A DNA stretch of 64,000 bases, taken from a virus (lineage: Duplodnaviria; Caudoviricetes). The notes beneath the pieces are model-generated. The model had not been told where the DNA came from. It did no database searches and was given only the letters and a program-made list of their open reading frames with translations. Location: the IMG/VR virus record IMGVR_UViG_3300032167_000048; one strand, written 5' to 3'. Both the position numbers and the translations under genes were made by a program. This document shows, one piece after another, positions 39,201 through 48,411 of the stretch (within the stretch, counting starts at the first letter, position 1; the number at the start of each line of letters is the position of its first letter).

Positions 39201-42200
39201 ATGGCAACAGAGTAAAAGAACTCAGACGCGAACTCGACAGTGTTGGAAATACCGCTGGTGTTGATTTGGTTAATAAAAAAATTAACAACCTTGCAACAGA
39301 AATCAAAAACTCAGGTCTTCAAACAAAGACGCTTAGTACCGCGTTAAAAGACCAGTTTAGAAAATATTCTTCATACTTCTCTGTATATACCGTATTTATG
39401 TATACAGCTAGAGCCTTAAGAAGCATGTTTGAGCAAGTTAAATCTATTGATGCTGCAATGACAGAGCTCAAAAAAGTTACTGACGAAACTGCTTCATCAT
39501 ATGATAAGTTTTTAACAAATGCTGCTTCAAGAGCAAAAGAAATTGGTACAACAATTGACGGTCTTGTTAAATCAACAGCAGATTTTGCAAGACTTGGATA
39601 TAACTTTGCAGACGCTCAGGGTCTTGCTGAAGTTGCAAATATTTATGCAGTAGTTGGTGATGAAATTGAGGGTGTTGAAGATGCTACTCAGAGCTTAATT
39701 TCTACAATGGCTGCATTTAAAGACCAGTCAAGCGAAATGAGCAATACAGAATTTGCAAATGAAATCATTGATAAATTTAATGAGATTGGTAATAAATTTG
39801 CAATTAGTTCTGGTGGTATTGGTGAAGCGATGAAGAGGTCGTCTTCTTCTCTTGATGCTGCAAACAACACAATTGACGAATCAATTGCGTTAATTACAGC
39901 TGCAAATACTGTAGTACAGAACCCAGATAAAGTTGGTAACGCATTTAAAACAATTTCAATGAGAATTCGTGGTGCAACAACTGAGCTTGAGGAAGCTGGC
40001 GAATCAACAGAGGGAATGGCTGAATCTACTGCTAAAATGCGTAAGGAAATTATGGCTCTCTCTGGCGTAGATATCATGATAAATGACGATACGTTCAAGT
40101 CTACATTTGATATCATGGATGAGCTTTCTAAAAAATGGGAAGATTTAACTGATATTCAGCAAGCTTCAATTATTGAACTTATGGCTGGTAAGCATCAGGG
40201 TAATGTATTTGCATCATTAATGCAAAACTTTGATATAGCAAGAGAAGCTCTTGATGTATCCATAAATTCTTCTGGCTCTGCTATGAAAGAACATGCAAAA
40301 TGGAGCGAATCTATTGAAGCCAGATTATTAAAGATTAAAGCCGCATGGCAAAGCTTATCTCAAAGCTTTTTGCAGTCAGATTTCTTAAAAGGGTTGTTAA
40401 ATACTGTTACATCTTTAGTTGACGGTTTAGACTTTCTTGTTGATAAATTTGGCACAATACCAACTCTTTTTATGGGTGGTGCTGTATTCAAAACATTGTT
40501 TAATAACAGTGGATTTTTTAAAACAATAAACACAGACCTTACTGGTATTATAAATAAGATTGGTGTTGCAAATAGAAGCATTGCAGAATTACAGCAATCT
40601 TTTTCTTCTGGTAAGGCAAATGGCGGAGGATTTTTTGGCGGAATATCTGCTGTTAAAAATTCCATGAGCAAAACCTTAACAGAAAAAGATATATCCAACA
40701 TAAAGGCATATAATGACCAAATAGATAAGTGTGTTGGTTCTCAGACAGCATGGAATCGTACAATGCTAACATCTAGTAGGCATGCACAGAATTTGGTTGC
40801 AAATGCAAAGGGCGGTAAGGTTGCAGTTGACGGTTTAACTGCATCAACAAAATCTTCTAGACTAGCAACTATTGGATTAACTGCTGCTACAACTGCTTTA
40901 AATATTGCTCTTACAATGGGAATTAGCCTTTTAATAACTGGAGTTATTAAAGCGTTAGATAAGGCTATTACAACCAAGAAAGAACTTGCTGAACAAGTTA
41001 CAGAAGTTACAGAAAAGTTTAAAGAACAACACGAACAGCTTAAGAAACTTAAAGGCGATTATGATACTTCTGATGAAAAATCAATGGCTTCTAGATATGA
41101 AAAGTTATCTAAAGGCGTTGATGACCTTGGTAGAAATATATCTTTAACTGCGGACGAATATTCTGAATATCAAGATATTTTAAATAAAATTGCAGAGCAA
41201 ATTCCTAGTCTTGTATCTGGATATGATGAACAAGGAAATGCAATGATTTCTTGCAAAGGAAATGTAGATGATTTAATAGAAGCATATGAAAATCTGATAC
41301 ATCTTCAAAATCAGGAAGTTTTAACTAGTGCTGGTGACATAGGAAAAGATTTTAATAACTCTGCTAAAGAAGCTAAAGGCAATGATTTATGGGGTTCATT
41401 TAGAAAAGGAATGACAAATATGTCTAGCTGGCAGCAGTGGCTTGCCAATGCATTAAATCCTTCATTTGGAGTCTATAAAGCTGTTGATTATATTGCCGAC
41501 TGGACTGTTGGAAATGATATGACCATTGGCACTGCAAGTGCTCTTAGAGAATTATTAAATACTGATAGAGAAGAAGTTGCTGACGTAATATCAAATTATG
41601 ACGAACAGACGTTGCAAGAAATTCAAACGGCATTAAAAGATGCCGATATTGACGTTGGATTTTTAGGGAATAATACAGCGGAAGCATTGGCAGAAGCGAT
41701 TGAAAATGAACCAGCGAAAATAAAAGGAATAATAGATAATTTTTATGGTGATTTACAAGATACCATCGACCCACAAAAATCAGTAGCATTAGCAAAATTA
41801 AGTGAAGCATTTGATGTTAGAAGTTCTCTAAGTGGAGTGAACTACGATAATATTAGCGAAGAAATGAAGGCTATTGCCACACAAACAGTTAATAGTTTAG
41901 ACTTTGATTTCTTTGCGGAGCTTTTAGATAAAGGTCAGACAATTGGGCAATGGACTGATACAATTCTTAATCAACTTAATTCTATTAGCGATGTTGATAA
42001 CGCAAAATTATCTGCGAAATTTAGTTTGGAAACAGAATTTAACAATGGCGAAATTTCATATGGAGAATATGTTAATGGAATTAAAGATGCAGAAAATTTA
42101 ATTTCTGGTCTTGATTTAGATGAAGAAGTTGTAAGTCAAATTAAGTTCAGTTTAAACACAGAAGAAGTCATAGGAAACTATGACGATATTGTAAAACGAC

Positions 42201-45200
42201 TTAATGAAATAGAAGTTGCAAATCCAGAAGAATTTTTGAGCGATTTAACAGCAAGTGAATATTCTGTAATGGTTGACTTGGTAGCAGATGATTTTGATTT
42301 AAGTGGTTTTGACGCTCAGGCTCTTAGAGATTATATTAGAAACCTTGCAGATATTAAAGATGCAATGGCTTTCGAAACAGATATTAGCGTTGATACAACT
42401 GCGTTAGAAGCTTTAAATACCGCATTATCAGAATCTGCTTCTGCTATTGGTCTTACTGAGACATCAATAGACAGTTTGAAATCAAGATATGAAGACCTTG
42501 AGGGTTACGATATATCTACTTTATTTGAGAGAACTGCTAGTGGTATCAAAGTAAATAGAGATGAACTTGCTAGGTTAGAAGAAGAATATCAGAATTTAAA
42601 ACAAGCAGATGTTCAAAAACATTTAGATACTCTTGTTGACGAATATAATAGACTCACAGCCGAGATTGACAACTGTTCAAATGCAGCTGAAAGAGCTAAA
42701 CTTATGTCTGAGCGTGACGGATATGTGTCACAGATTCAGGAACTTGCCGAATACCAAGCTCAATTAGAGGGCGTTACTGGAGCATATAAAAAATGGATTG
42801 ATGCTCAAAATGAACCAGAAGACCATGAGGGTTATGAAGCTGTTGCTTCTGGAAGAAAAGATGTAAAAGCTGAACTTGATAGAGGTATCATGAGCAAATC
42901 AACAAAAGCTTATATCGACCTCTTATCTGGCGAAGATTTATCTGGTAAAAGTATAGATGAGTATGCGGCAGCTTGGGAAAGACTTGGCGAAACAGTTGGC
43001 GAAACTGGATATACCGTTCATGATTTCTTTACAGTTAATGACGAGGGTAAAATTACAAGAACTGGTATTGATAGATTCTTCGAAAGCGTTAAAAGTGAAT
43101 TCGAAGGAATTTATGATGAAGATACTGGATTGTACGATTTTAGCGAGGATAACCTAAAAGCAATTCAAGAAAAATGGGGTATGGGTATTGATGCTATTCA
43201 ACTCATGCTTGAAGCAGCTTCATCTGCTGGTTATGAAGTTGACTGGGGTGGAATCTTTGATGATATTGAAATAGATTTTTCTGATTATGAAACATTAATC
43301 GCTCTTGCAGAATCAGCACAGCAGGCTTTTAATGACTTGGATATTGATGGGCTTGAAGATGTAGAGTTTAATTTTGAAACTTCGAATATTGAATCTGCAA
43401 CATCTGAAATGAAAGAGGCTCAGAAGATTTATAATGACCTTATAGACCCAGATAAAGACGGAAATGTTAATCTTGAAGCGGAGGGCGCTGAGGAGATGAG
43501 GGTTGTACTTTCAACTCTTATATTCCAAAAGCAGCAACTTGAAGATTCAAATATATGTCTTAACATAGATACTTCTCAATTAGATGAATCACAGGCTGAA
43601 ATTGGTGCTGCGATTAGTGCTGTTCAAAATTTTAGAGAAAAATTCAAAAATCTTGAAATAGCTATTAATACTGGCGATGGTATTGAAAATGCAAAAACGG
43701 AGCTTAAATCAGCATTAGATGGTCTTAGTGCTGAGGGAGTTGACGTTGATATTGCCGCCCAACTTATACTTGGTGAGGGTAGCGATGCTGCCGACCTTAC
43801 TGAAAAAGTTAATGCGGCAGTTGAAGCAGTTGGACAACCAGAAGTTGATGTTGGATGCAAGCTTGATGAAACAGCTATTGGGACTTTAAATTCTCAATTA
43901 TTAACTAATTTTACTCCAGAGGCTACTGTTAAAATTACTAAGATTGACGAATCATTAGTAAACAATTATCAGACTACTGAAAAGACTGCTAATGGTAAAG
44001 TTATATGGGATAATGATGAAACATTAGTTAATCAGTTTAAGGCAGAAAAACATGAAGCAAATGGTAAGGTTAAGTGGGATGATGATTCTGCAAGTCTTAA
44101 ACTTTCTGGATGGAGAGCAACTGGTACTGTAACTTGGACTAGTGGAAACAATGTTCAGGTTAAAGTTGTTAAACTTGCTAATGGTACTGCGAATGTAAAC
44201 GGAACTGCTCTTGCTGGCGGTACTACTGGTCGTGCATTTAAGCAAGGTGACTGGAGCATTAAAGACTCTGGAACTGCACTGGTTGGAGAACTTGGTACAG
44301 AAACATTAGTTCGTAATGGTAGATATTATACTATTGGTGATTCTGGCGCTGAATTTATTAAATATAAAAAAGGCGACATAGTATTCAATCACAAACAAAC
44401 AGAAGAACTTTTCAAAAATGGAAGGGTAACTTCTGGTGGTGGTCGCGGAAGAGCTTTCGCAAATGGAAGTTACGCTTCTACTGGTAGAGCGTTTGTAAAT
44501 TCGACTGTATCTGAATCAGATTGGGTTAAAAAATATAAGAATAATTCCAATACAAATAATAACACCTCTAATAATACAAGTAGCAATAGAACAAATACAA
44601 CAAATAGAAGTAATAATAATACAGATACAAAAGATACTGCTAAGGATTTTGAAGAAACATTTGACTGGATTGAAATAGCACTTGAACGTGTAGAAAAAGC
44701 TATTGATAGTCTTGACCAAAAAGCAAATGCTACATATATAACTTGGTCTAAAAGAAACAAGGCTCTTTCCGATGAAATTGGCGTTGTAAACGATGCGATG
44801 GAAATTCAGCAGATGGCTTACGAAAGATACATGGATGAGGCTAATTCTGTCGGTCTTGATAGCAAGTATAAAAAAATGGTTCAGGATGGAAGTATTGATA
44901 TTAACAATATTACCGATGAAGACCTTGCTAATAAGATAAAAGAGTATCAGGATTGGTATGAAAAAGCCCAAGATTGTAAAGACGCAATTGAAGAACTTCG
45001 CGAACAAGAAGCCGAACTTTATGCACAGAGATTTGAAAACGTTCAAAGCCAATATGACGCTGTTGTTCAGGGATATGAACATACAGAAAAAATGCTTGAT
45101 GAATATATTTCTCAGGCGGAAGCTAAAGGTCATATTGTAAGTAGCGAATATTATAATGCGTTAATTGCAAATGAAAAAGCTACTATTTCTGCGCTTGAAG

Positions 45201-47170
45201 ACGAACAGTCTGAGTTAATTGCCAAAAGACAAGAGTACTATGACGCAATGCGTGATAACGGTATGACTCATGAAGAAATTTTGGATTCTGAACAATGGAC
45301 TGAAATGTCTGCTGAGATTGATGGCGTTACCGAAGCCATCGAAGAATCTAATACTGCAATTATTGAATATGGAAATTCAATTCGTGAAGTAGACTGGGAA
45401 GTCTTTGATATGATTCAAGAAAGAATTAGTGCGGTTTCTGATGAAGCAGAATTCTTAATTGAGCTGATGAGTAATGATAAGCTGTTTGATGATAAAGGTA
45501 AGTTGACTGAGCAGGGCGCTGCTACAATGGCAATGCATGCTCAAAAGTACAACAACTACATGTATCAGGCTGATGACTATGGTGCTGAGATTGCTGATAT
45601 TGATGCAAAAATAGCTTCTGGCGAATATGATTCAAAAGACCAAGAGGTTATTAATCGAAGACAAGAACTTCTTGAAGCTCAAAGAGATTGTATACTTGCT
45701 GCTGAAGATGAAAAGCAAGCTATTAAAGACCTTACAGAAGAGGGTATAAATCTTGAACTTGATGCGCTTCAGGAACTTATTGATAAGAAGAATGAAGAGC
45801 TTGAAAGCGAAAAGGATTTATACGAATATCAGAAGAAGGTCAAAGAGCAGACCGAAGAAATTGCTTCTCTTGAAAAGCAGATGTCTGCATATTCTGGCGA
45901 TGATTCTGAAGAAGCAAAAGCAAAGATTCAAGAATTAAAAGTTTCTCTTGAAGATGCTAAAACCGAATTGCAGGAAACAGAATGGGATAAATATATTAGT
46001 GATACTTCTGCTCTCCTTGATACTTTATATTTAGAATATGAAAATATTTTAAATCAAAGATTAGACAATGTCGATTATCTTCTTGAACAAGTTGTTGCTG
46101 GTATTAATGCTACTATGGGCGTTGATGGCACTATTGATACTGCTTTGGGTTCTGAAGGTGCTATTGCTACAGCCATTTCTAACGCTGTTAGTGAGGGCGG
46201 TGGTGTTCAAAAAATCTTAAATAGTGAAGCAACAAGTGTTGGAACTACTCTTTCTACTACAATGGGTAATATTTGGACTACTGGCGAGGGAAATATTAAG
46301 TCTGTATTAACAACATATGGAACTGACTTCCAGAATAAACAGACAACAACTAATGTAGAATTAGGAAAGATAAAATCTGACGTTGCTGCTATGGTAGATG
46401 ATGTAGATAAGGATGCTAAAAAGAAAGTTGAGGAAAAGAAAACTCAAACATCTGCTAATCAGCCTGCTCCTACTCCTGCACCTAAGCCTACTCCTAAGCC
46501 TAAGGACGAAAACAAGAAAGATAATGCGACTGGTGGGGACGGAAAGGCTAAAGTTGGTGACAAAGTTAAATTTGTTAGCGGTAAGTATTATTATGATTCA
46601 TATGGTAAGTCTCCTACTGGTTCTAAAAATCAGGGTAAATATGTTTATATTACAAAAATAAACGCAAAGGGGTCACATCCATATCATATTAGTACTGGTA
46701 AAACACTTGGTAAAGGCGACTTAGGTTGGCTGAAATTAAATCAGATTAGTGGCTATGCTACTGGTAAGAGAAAATTATCAGCTGATGAAGCTGCTTGGAC
46801 TCAGGAAAAGGGTAGAGAATTTATTGTTCGCCCTTCTGATGGAGCTATTCTTACTCCAGTTGCTAAGGGTGATAGTGTTCTAAACGCTAAAGCTACTAGA
46901 AACATTTGGGATATGGCTAATTCCCCTGCTGATTTTATAAGAAATAATTTGAACTTAGGTGGTGCGGATATTCCTAGCGGTTCAAACATTAATAACAATT
47001 ACAATCAGCAGATTGGAAATGTTATATTCAAAATGGACGGAATTAAGAATTACGAAGAAATGTTATCTTCTATGCAAAAGGATAAAAACTTTGAAAAACT
47101 TATTCTTTCAATGTCAATTGATAGATTAGCTGGAAAAAGTTCTTTAGCAAAAAATAAATCAATAAGATAA
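36266..47170 (+). CDS. Tape measure protein (3634 aa)
   Basis: TP901-type core (IDAAMTELKKVT...GNAFKTISMRIRG), long helical repeats, C-terminal SH3-like segment. Confidence 0.9.
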   Translation: MADYTIELGVKLNTNEVDTKIKSYNNKTIKLKADFDPSDITTKLNSYNPKPIVVKSTLNTDGITAKIKAYDPRKMIHLKSKLSMENVETAISNYNNSKPIKLSAELYQGALNKAVQAQAGTVSEIITVKAKLDDNAINKAISTFSSGNSAIPIRVDPDFSNVNFDKVEELLKGYEARTPIKANVQINKTGINNAISEFNTELKGDRNRDILLQVKITDAAISSALSKYNQSNSASSKTGIPIDLTIKPNSDFDARLKAKIAEYEKVPVSIPAQLMPSYSKGKGFTSELQKVPIPIDVTLQNPKALNEAIKAQTGKVVPVKAELIPTANFDAKITKKTIPIYGELDPKNINATIDAFKPTSKIKVGVKLDSIDVNDEVRKLPKSTEKIEVGAKLSPTSINQAISTAKPTSLLRVNIDIQEADVNAQISAIQPTAKIKVLLDFGNASATDKSGVAGIQNTQSPVMMKVKLDREDINGQIRDFKTTSKIKVGIKADFASHSGGQTGIPQQIKNYKTNTKIRVGIKLQTDDINAQIEAIHPTSKIRASIDINNSLNKNDTNAAKVKVQLDKADINNQIQTFTRESKQKMKLNLQFFAAKGSGNNSVTKQIKSAIDQSVGSNKKIPINIELEQGSVQRVQSQIDNIRQQITQLSNIRIDFGGGGNSGGGRGAAAQANETAEAFRYLMSIINEINSKRVQLNKLTGSAQASNEIRTLTDQIDRLDIEYNNLINSLSARGIQFTGEQWSQLETAMIRAGRQIDIVQAKMADKTIAQGQTQSFRELSSILKEIDSLEKNITNLKLQGGNSNQIALLEGELRTLQSTYQHLVTTMNTPLTAAQWGSLYTQIAKTSEDIDRLKAKYADARAEFSKGIKANISNGKLGTELNGVIQNFNRLGIANRQVSDDIRQLQALLKNMDASDDVESVCSDYERFQQLLQTVKYGIKDLQIQMNEANRPEMLAASKEAAVQKLNGLFEKGSQAAKTYGNRVKELRRELDSVGNTAGVDLVNKKINNLATEIKNSGLQTKTLSTALKDQFRKYSSYFSVYTVFMYTARALRSMFEQVKSIDAAMTELKKVTDETASSYDKFLTNAASRAKEIGTTIDGLVKSTADFARLGYNFADAQGLAEVANIYAVVGDEIEGVEDATQSLISTMAAFKDQSSEMSNTEFANEIIDKFNEIGNKFAISSGGIGEAMKRSSSSLDAANNTIDESIALITAANTVVQNPDKVGNAFKTISMRIRGATTELEEAGESTEGMAESTAKMRKEIMALSGVDIMINDDTFKSTFDIMDELSKKWEDLTDIQQASIIELMAGKHQGNVFASLMQNFDIAREALDVSINSSGSAMKEHAKWSESIEARLLKIKAAWQSLSQSFLQSDFLKGLLNTVTSLVDGLDFLVDKFGTIPTLFMGGAVFKTLFNNSGFFKTINTDLTGIINKIGVANRSIAELQQSFSSGKANGGGFFGGISAVKNSMSKTLTEKDISNIKAYNDQIDKCVGSQTAWNRTMLTSSRHAQNLVANAKGGKVAVDGLTASTKSSRLATIGLTAATTALNIALTMGISLLITGVIKALDKAITTKKELAEQVTEVTEKFKEQHEQLKKLKGDYDTSDEKSMASRYEKLSKGVDDLGRNISLTADEYSEYQDILNKIAEQIPSLVSGYDEQGNAMISCKGNVDDLIEAYENLIHLQNQEVLTSAGDIGKDFNNSAKEAKGNDLWGSFRKGMTNMSSWQQWLANALNPSFGVYKAVDYIADWTVGNDMTIGTASALRELLNTDREEVADVISNYDEQTLQEIQTALKDADIDVGFLGNNTAEALAEAIENEPAKIKGIIDNFYGDLQDTIDPQKSVALAKLSEAFDVRSSLSGVNYDNISEEMKAIATQTVNSLDFDFFAELLDKGQTIGQWTDTILNQLNSISDVDNAKLSAKFSLETEFNNGEISYGEYVNGIKDAENLISGLDLDEEVVSQIKFSLNTEEVIGNYDDIVKRLNEIEVANPEEFLSDLTASEYSVMVDLVADDFDLSGFDAQALRDYIRNLADIKDAMAFETDISVDTTALEALNTALSESASAIGLTETSIDSLKSRYEDLEGYDISTLFERTASGIKVNRDELARLEEEYQNLKQADVQKHLDTLVDEYNRLTAEIDNCSNAAERAKLMSERDGYVSQIQELAEYQAQLEGVTGAYKKWIDAQNEPEDHEGYEAVASGRKDVKAELDRGIMSKSTKAYIDLLSGEDLSGKSIDEYAAAWERLGETVGETGYTVHDFFTVNDEGKITRTGIDRFFESVKSEFEGIYDEDTGLYDFSEDNLKAIQEKWGMGIDAIQLMLEAASSAGYEVDWGGIFDDIEIDFSDYETLIALAESAQQAFNDLDIDGLEDVEFNFETSNIESATSEMKEAQKIYNDLIDPDKDGNVNLEAEGAEEMRVVLSTLIFQKQQLEDSNICLNIDTSQLDESQAEIGAAISAVQNFREKFKNLEIAINTGDGIENAKTELKSALDGLSAEGVDVDIAAQLILGEGSDAADLTEKVNAAVEAVGQPEVDVGCKLDETAIGTLNSQLLTNFTPEATVKITKIDESLVNNYQTTEKTANGKVIWDNDETLVNQFKAEKHEANGKVKWDDDSASLKLSGWRATGTVTWTSGNNVQVKVVKLANGTANVNGTALAGGTTGRAFKQGDWSIKDSGTALVGELGTETLVRNGRYYTIGDSGAEFIKYKKGDIVFNHKQTEELFKNGRVTSGGGRGRAFANGSYASTGRAFVNSTVSESDWVKKYKNNSNTNNNTSNNTSSNRTNTTNRSNNNTDTKDTAKDFEETFDWIEIALERVEKAIDSLDQKANATYITWSKRNKALSDEIGVVNDAMEIQQMAYERYMDEANSVGLDSKYKKMVQDGSIDINNITDEDLANKIKEYQDWYEKAQDCKDAIEELREQEAELYAQRFENVQSQYDAVVQGYEHTEKMLDEYISQAEAKGHIVSSEYYNALIANEKATISALEDEQSELIAKRQEYYDAMRDNGMTHEEILDSEQWTEMSAEIDGVTEAIEESNTAIIEYGNSIREVDWEVFDMIQERISAVSDEAEFLIELMSNDKLFDDKGKLTEQGAATMAMHAQKYNNYMYQADDYGAEIADIDAKIASGEYDSKDQEVINRRQELLEAQRDCILAAEDEKQAIKDLTEEGINLELDALQELIDKKNEELESEKDLYEYQKKVKEQTEEIASLEKQMSAYSGDDSEEAKAKIQELKVSLEDAKTELQETEWDKYISDTSALLDTLYLEYENILNQRLDNVDYLLEQVVAGINATMGVDGTIDTALGSEGAIATAISNAVSEGGGVQKILNSEATSVGTTLSTTMGNIWTTGEGNIKSVLTTYGTDFQNKQTTTNVELGKIKSDVAAMVDDVDKDAKKKVEEKKTQTSANQPAPTPAPKPTPKPKDENKKDNATGGDGKAKVGDKVKFVSGKYYYDSYGKSPTGSKNQGKYVYITKINAKGSHPYHISTGKTLGKGDLGWLKLNQISGYATGKRKLSADEAAWTQEKGREFIVRPSDGAILTPVAKGDSVLNAKATRNIWDMANSPADFIRNNLNLGGADIPSGSNINNNYNQQIGNVIFKMDGIKNYEEMLSSMQKDKNFEKLILSMSIDRLAGKSSLAKNKSIR

Positions 47171-47173
47171 ATT

Positions 47174-47216
47174 GGGATGGTGCAAGTTTTTGCTTGCACC
47201 TCTTCCCTATTTTTTA
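47174..47216 (+). terminator. Intrinsic terminator
   Basis: GGTGCAAG/CTTGCACC hairpin plus T-tract. Confidence 0.7.
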
Positions 47217-47259
47217 AAGTGCAAATTTTGCACTTTGTAAGTTTGTGAGGTGCAAAAAT

Positions 47260-47562
47260 ATGAATGAAAAAAGATATGAAAAAAGACTTGAATTTCAACA
47301 AAAAATGATTTCTAAACAATCAAAACAAATTGAAGATTTAAAGTTAGAAATTGAAAAATTGGAATCTAAAATTGTAGAAAAAGACAAAGTTATAAAATCT
47401 GTTGATTCATTAAGAAAGGAATTGATGGATGACGTTAACGATATGAAACAGAGAAAAAAAGAATATATTTCTTTGATTGATGAATTAAAAAACATGAAAA
47501 AAATACTTAATCAAGAAGTCTATAAAGGTAGATGGTGGTTGATTAAGTTTCTTATAAAGTAA
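47260..47562 (+). CDS. Coiled-coil hypothetical protein
   Basis: GAGGTG RBS before the ATG at 47260. Confidence 0.65.
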   Translation: MNEKRYEKRLEFQQKMISKQSKQIEDLKLEIEKLESKIVEKDKVIKSVDSLRKELMDDVNDMKQRKKEYISLIDELKNMKKILNQEVYKGRWWLIKFLIK

Positions 47563-47596
47563 AAAATATTAAAAATATGAATCGAGGTGAGATGAG

Positions 47597-48397
47597 ATGG
47601 TAGTATACGATTTTGAATTTGATGGTCAAAGACTTAGTGAGCTTGGAATGACTATTTGTTCATTTGGTGATAAAGGGCTGGAAACAGTTGATAATGGAAG
47701 TCAAGTTTCTTTTAATACGGTGTCTGTTCTTGGAGGTTCTCTTCAGAGAAAGACCAGTGCTGTATATGAAGATTGTTTAGAAGCAACTATTCAAATATGT
47801 AAATATTCATGCGCTACAGATGTAAAAGAAATAACTCCAATAGAACTTAGACAACTTACAAAATGGCTCAATAGAAAGAAATTTTTAAAATTTAAATTCC
47901 TTTCAAATGATTATATTGATTTATATTATGAAGCAAAAATTGATGTTAGTAGAATTGAACTTGATGGAAGATTATATGGGTTAGAATTAAATATCACGAC
48001 TAATCGTCCTTTTGCTCTTAAAGAACCTAGAAAAATTCTTATTAATAATGCTATAAAAGATGGAAAACATTTTATTAATGATACGTCTCATGAAGAAGGA
48101 TATATTTATCCACATACAGAAATTACTTTGGTTGAGGGCGGAAAACTAACTATATATAACGCCATAGAAAATAGAGAAACAATTATTGAAAATTGTGTCG
48201 CTGGAGAAGTTATTACTATGGATTATCCTATTATAAAATCTAATATCTCGTCTCATGATTTAAATATACAGAATGATTTTAATTGGAAGTTTTTTAGAAT
48301 AGCAAATACATATAATAATAGCAGAAATGATTTGATAATTTCATTGCCTTGTATAATGAAAGTTGAATATTCTCCTATTATTAAAGTTGGATTGTAA
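47597..48397 (+). CDS. Distal tail protein (Dit)
   Basis: DFEFDGQRLSELG N-terminus; position after the tape measure. Confidence 0.7.
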   Translation: MVVYDFEFDGQRLSELGMTICSFGDKGLETVDNGSQVSFNTVSVLGGSLQRKTSAVYEDCLEATIQICKYSCATDVKEITPIELRQLTKWLNRKKFLKFKFLSNDYIDLYYEAKIDVSRIELDGRLYGLELNITTNRPFALKEPRKILINNAIKDGKHFINDTSHEEGYIYPHTEITLVEGGKLTIYNAIENRETIIENCVAGEVITMDYPIIKSNISSHDLNIQNDFNWKFFRIANTYNNSRNDLIISLPCIMKVEYSPIIKVGL

Positions 48398-48411
48398 GGT
48401 GGTGATATCTT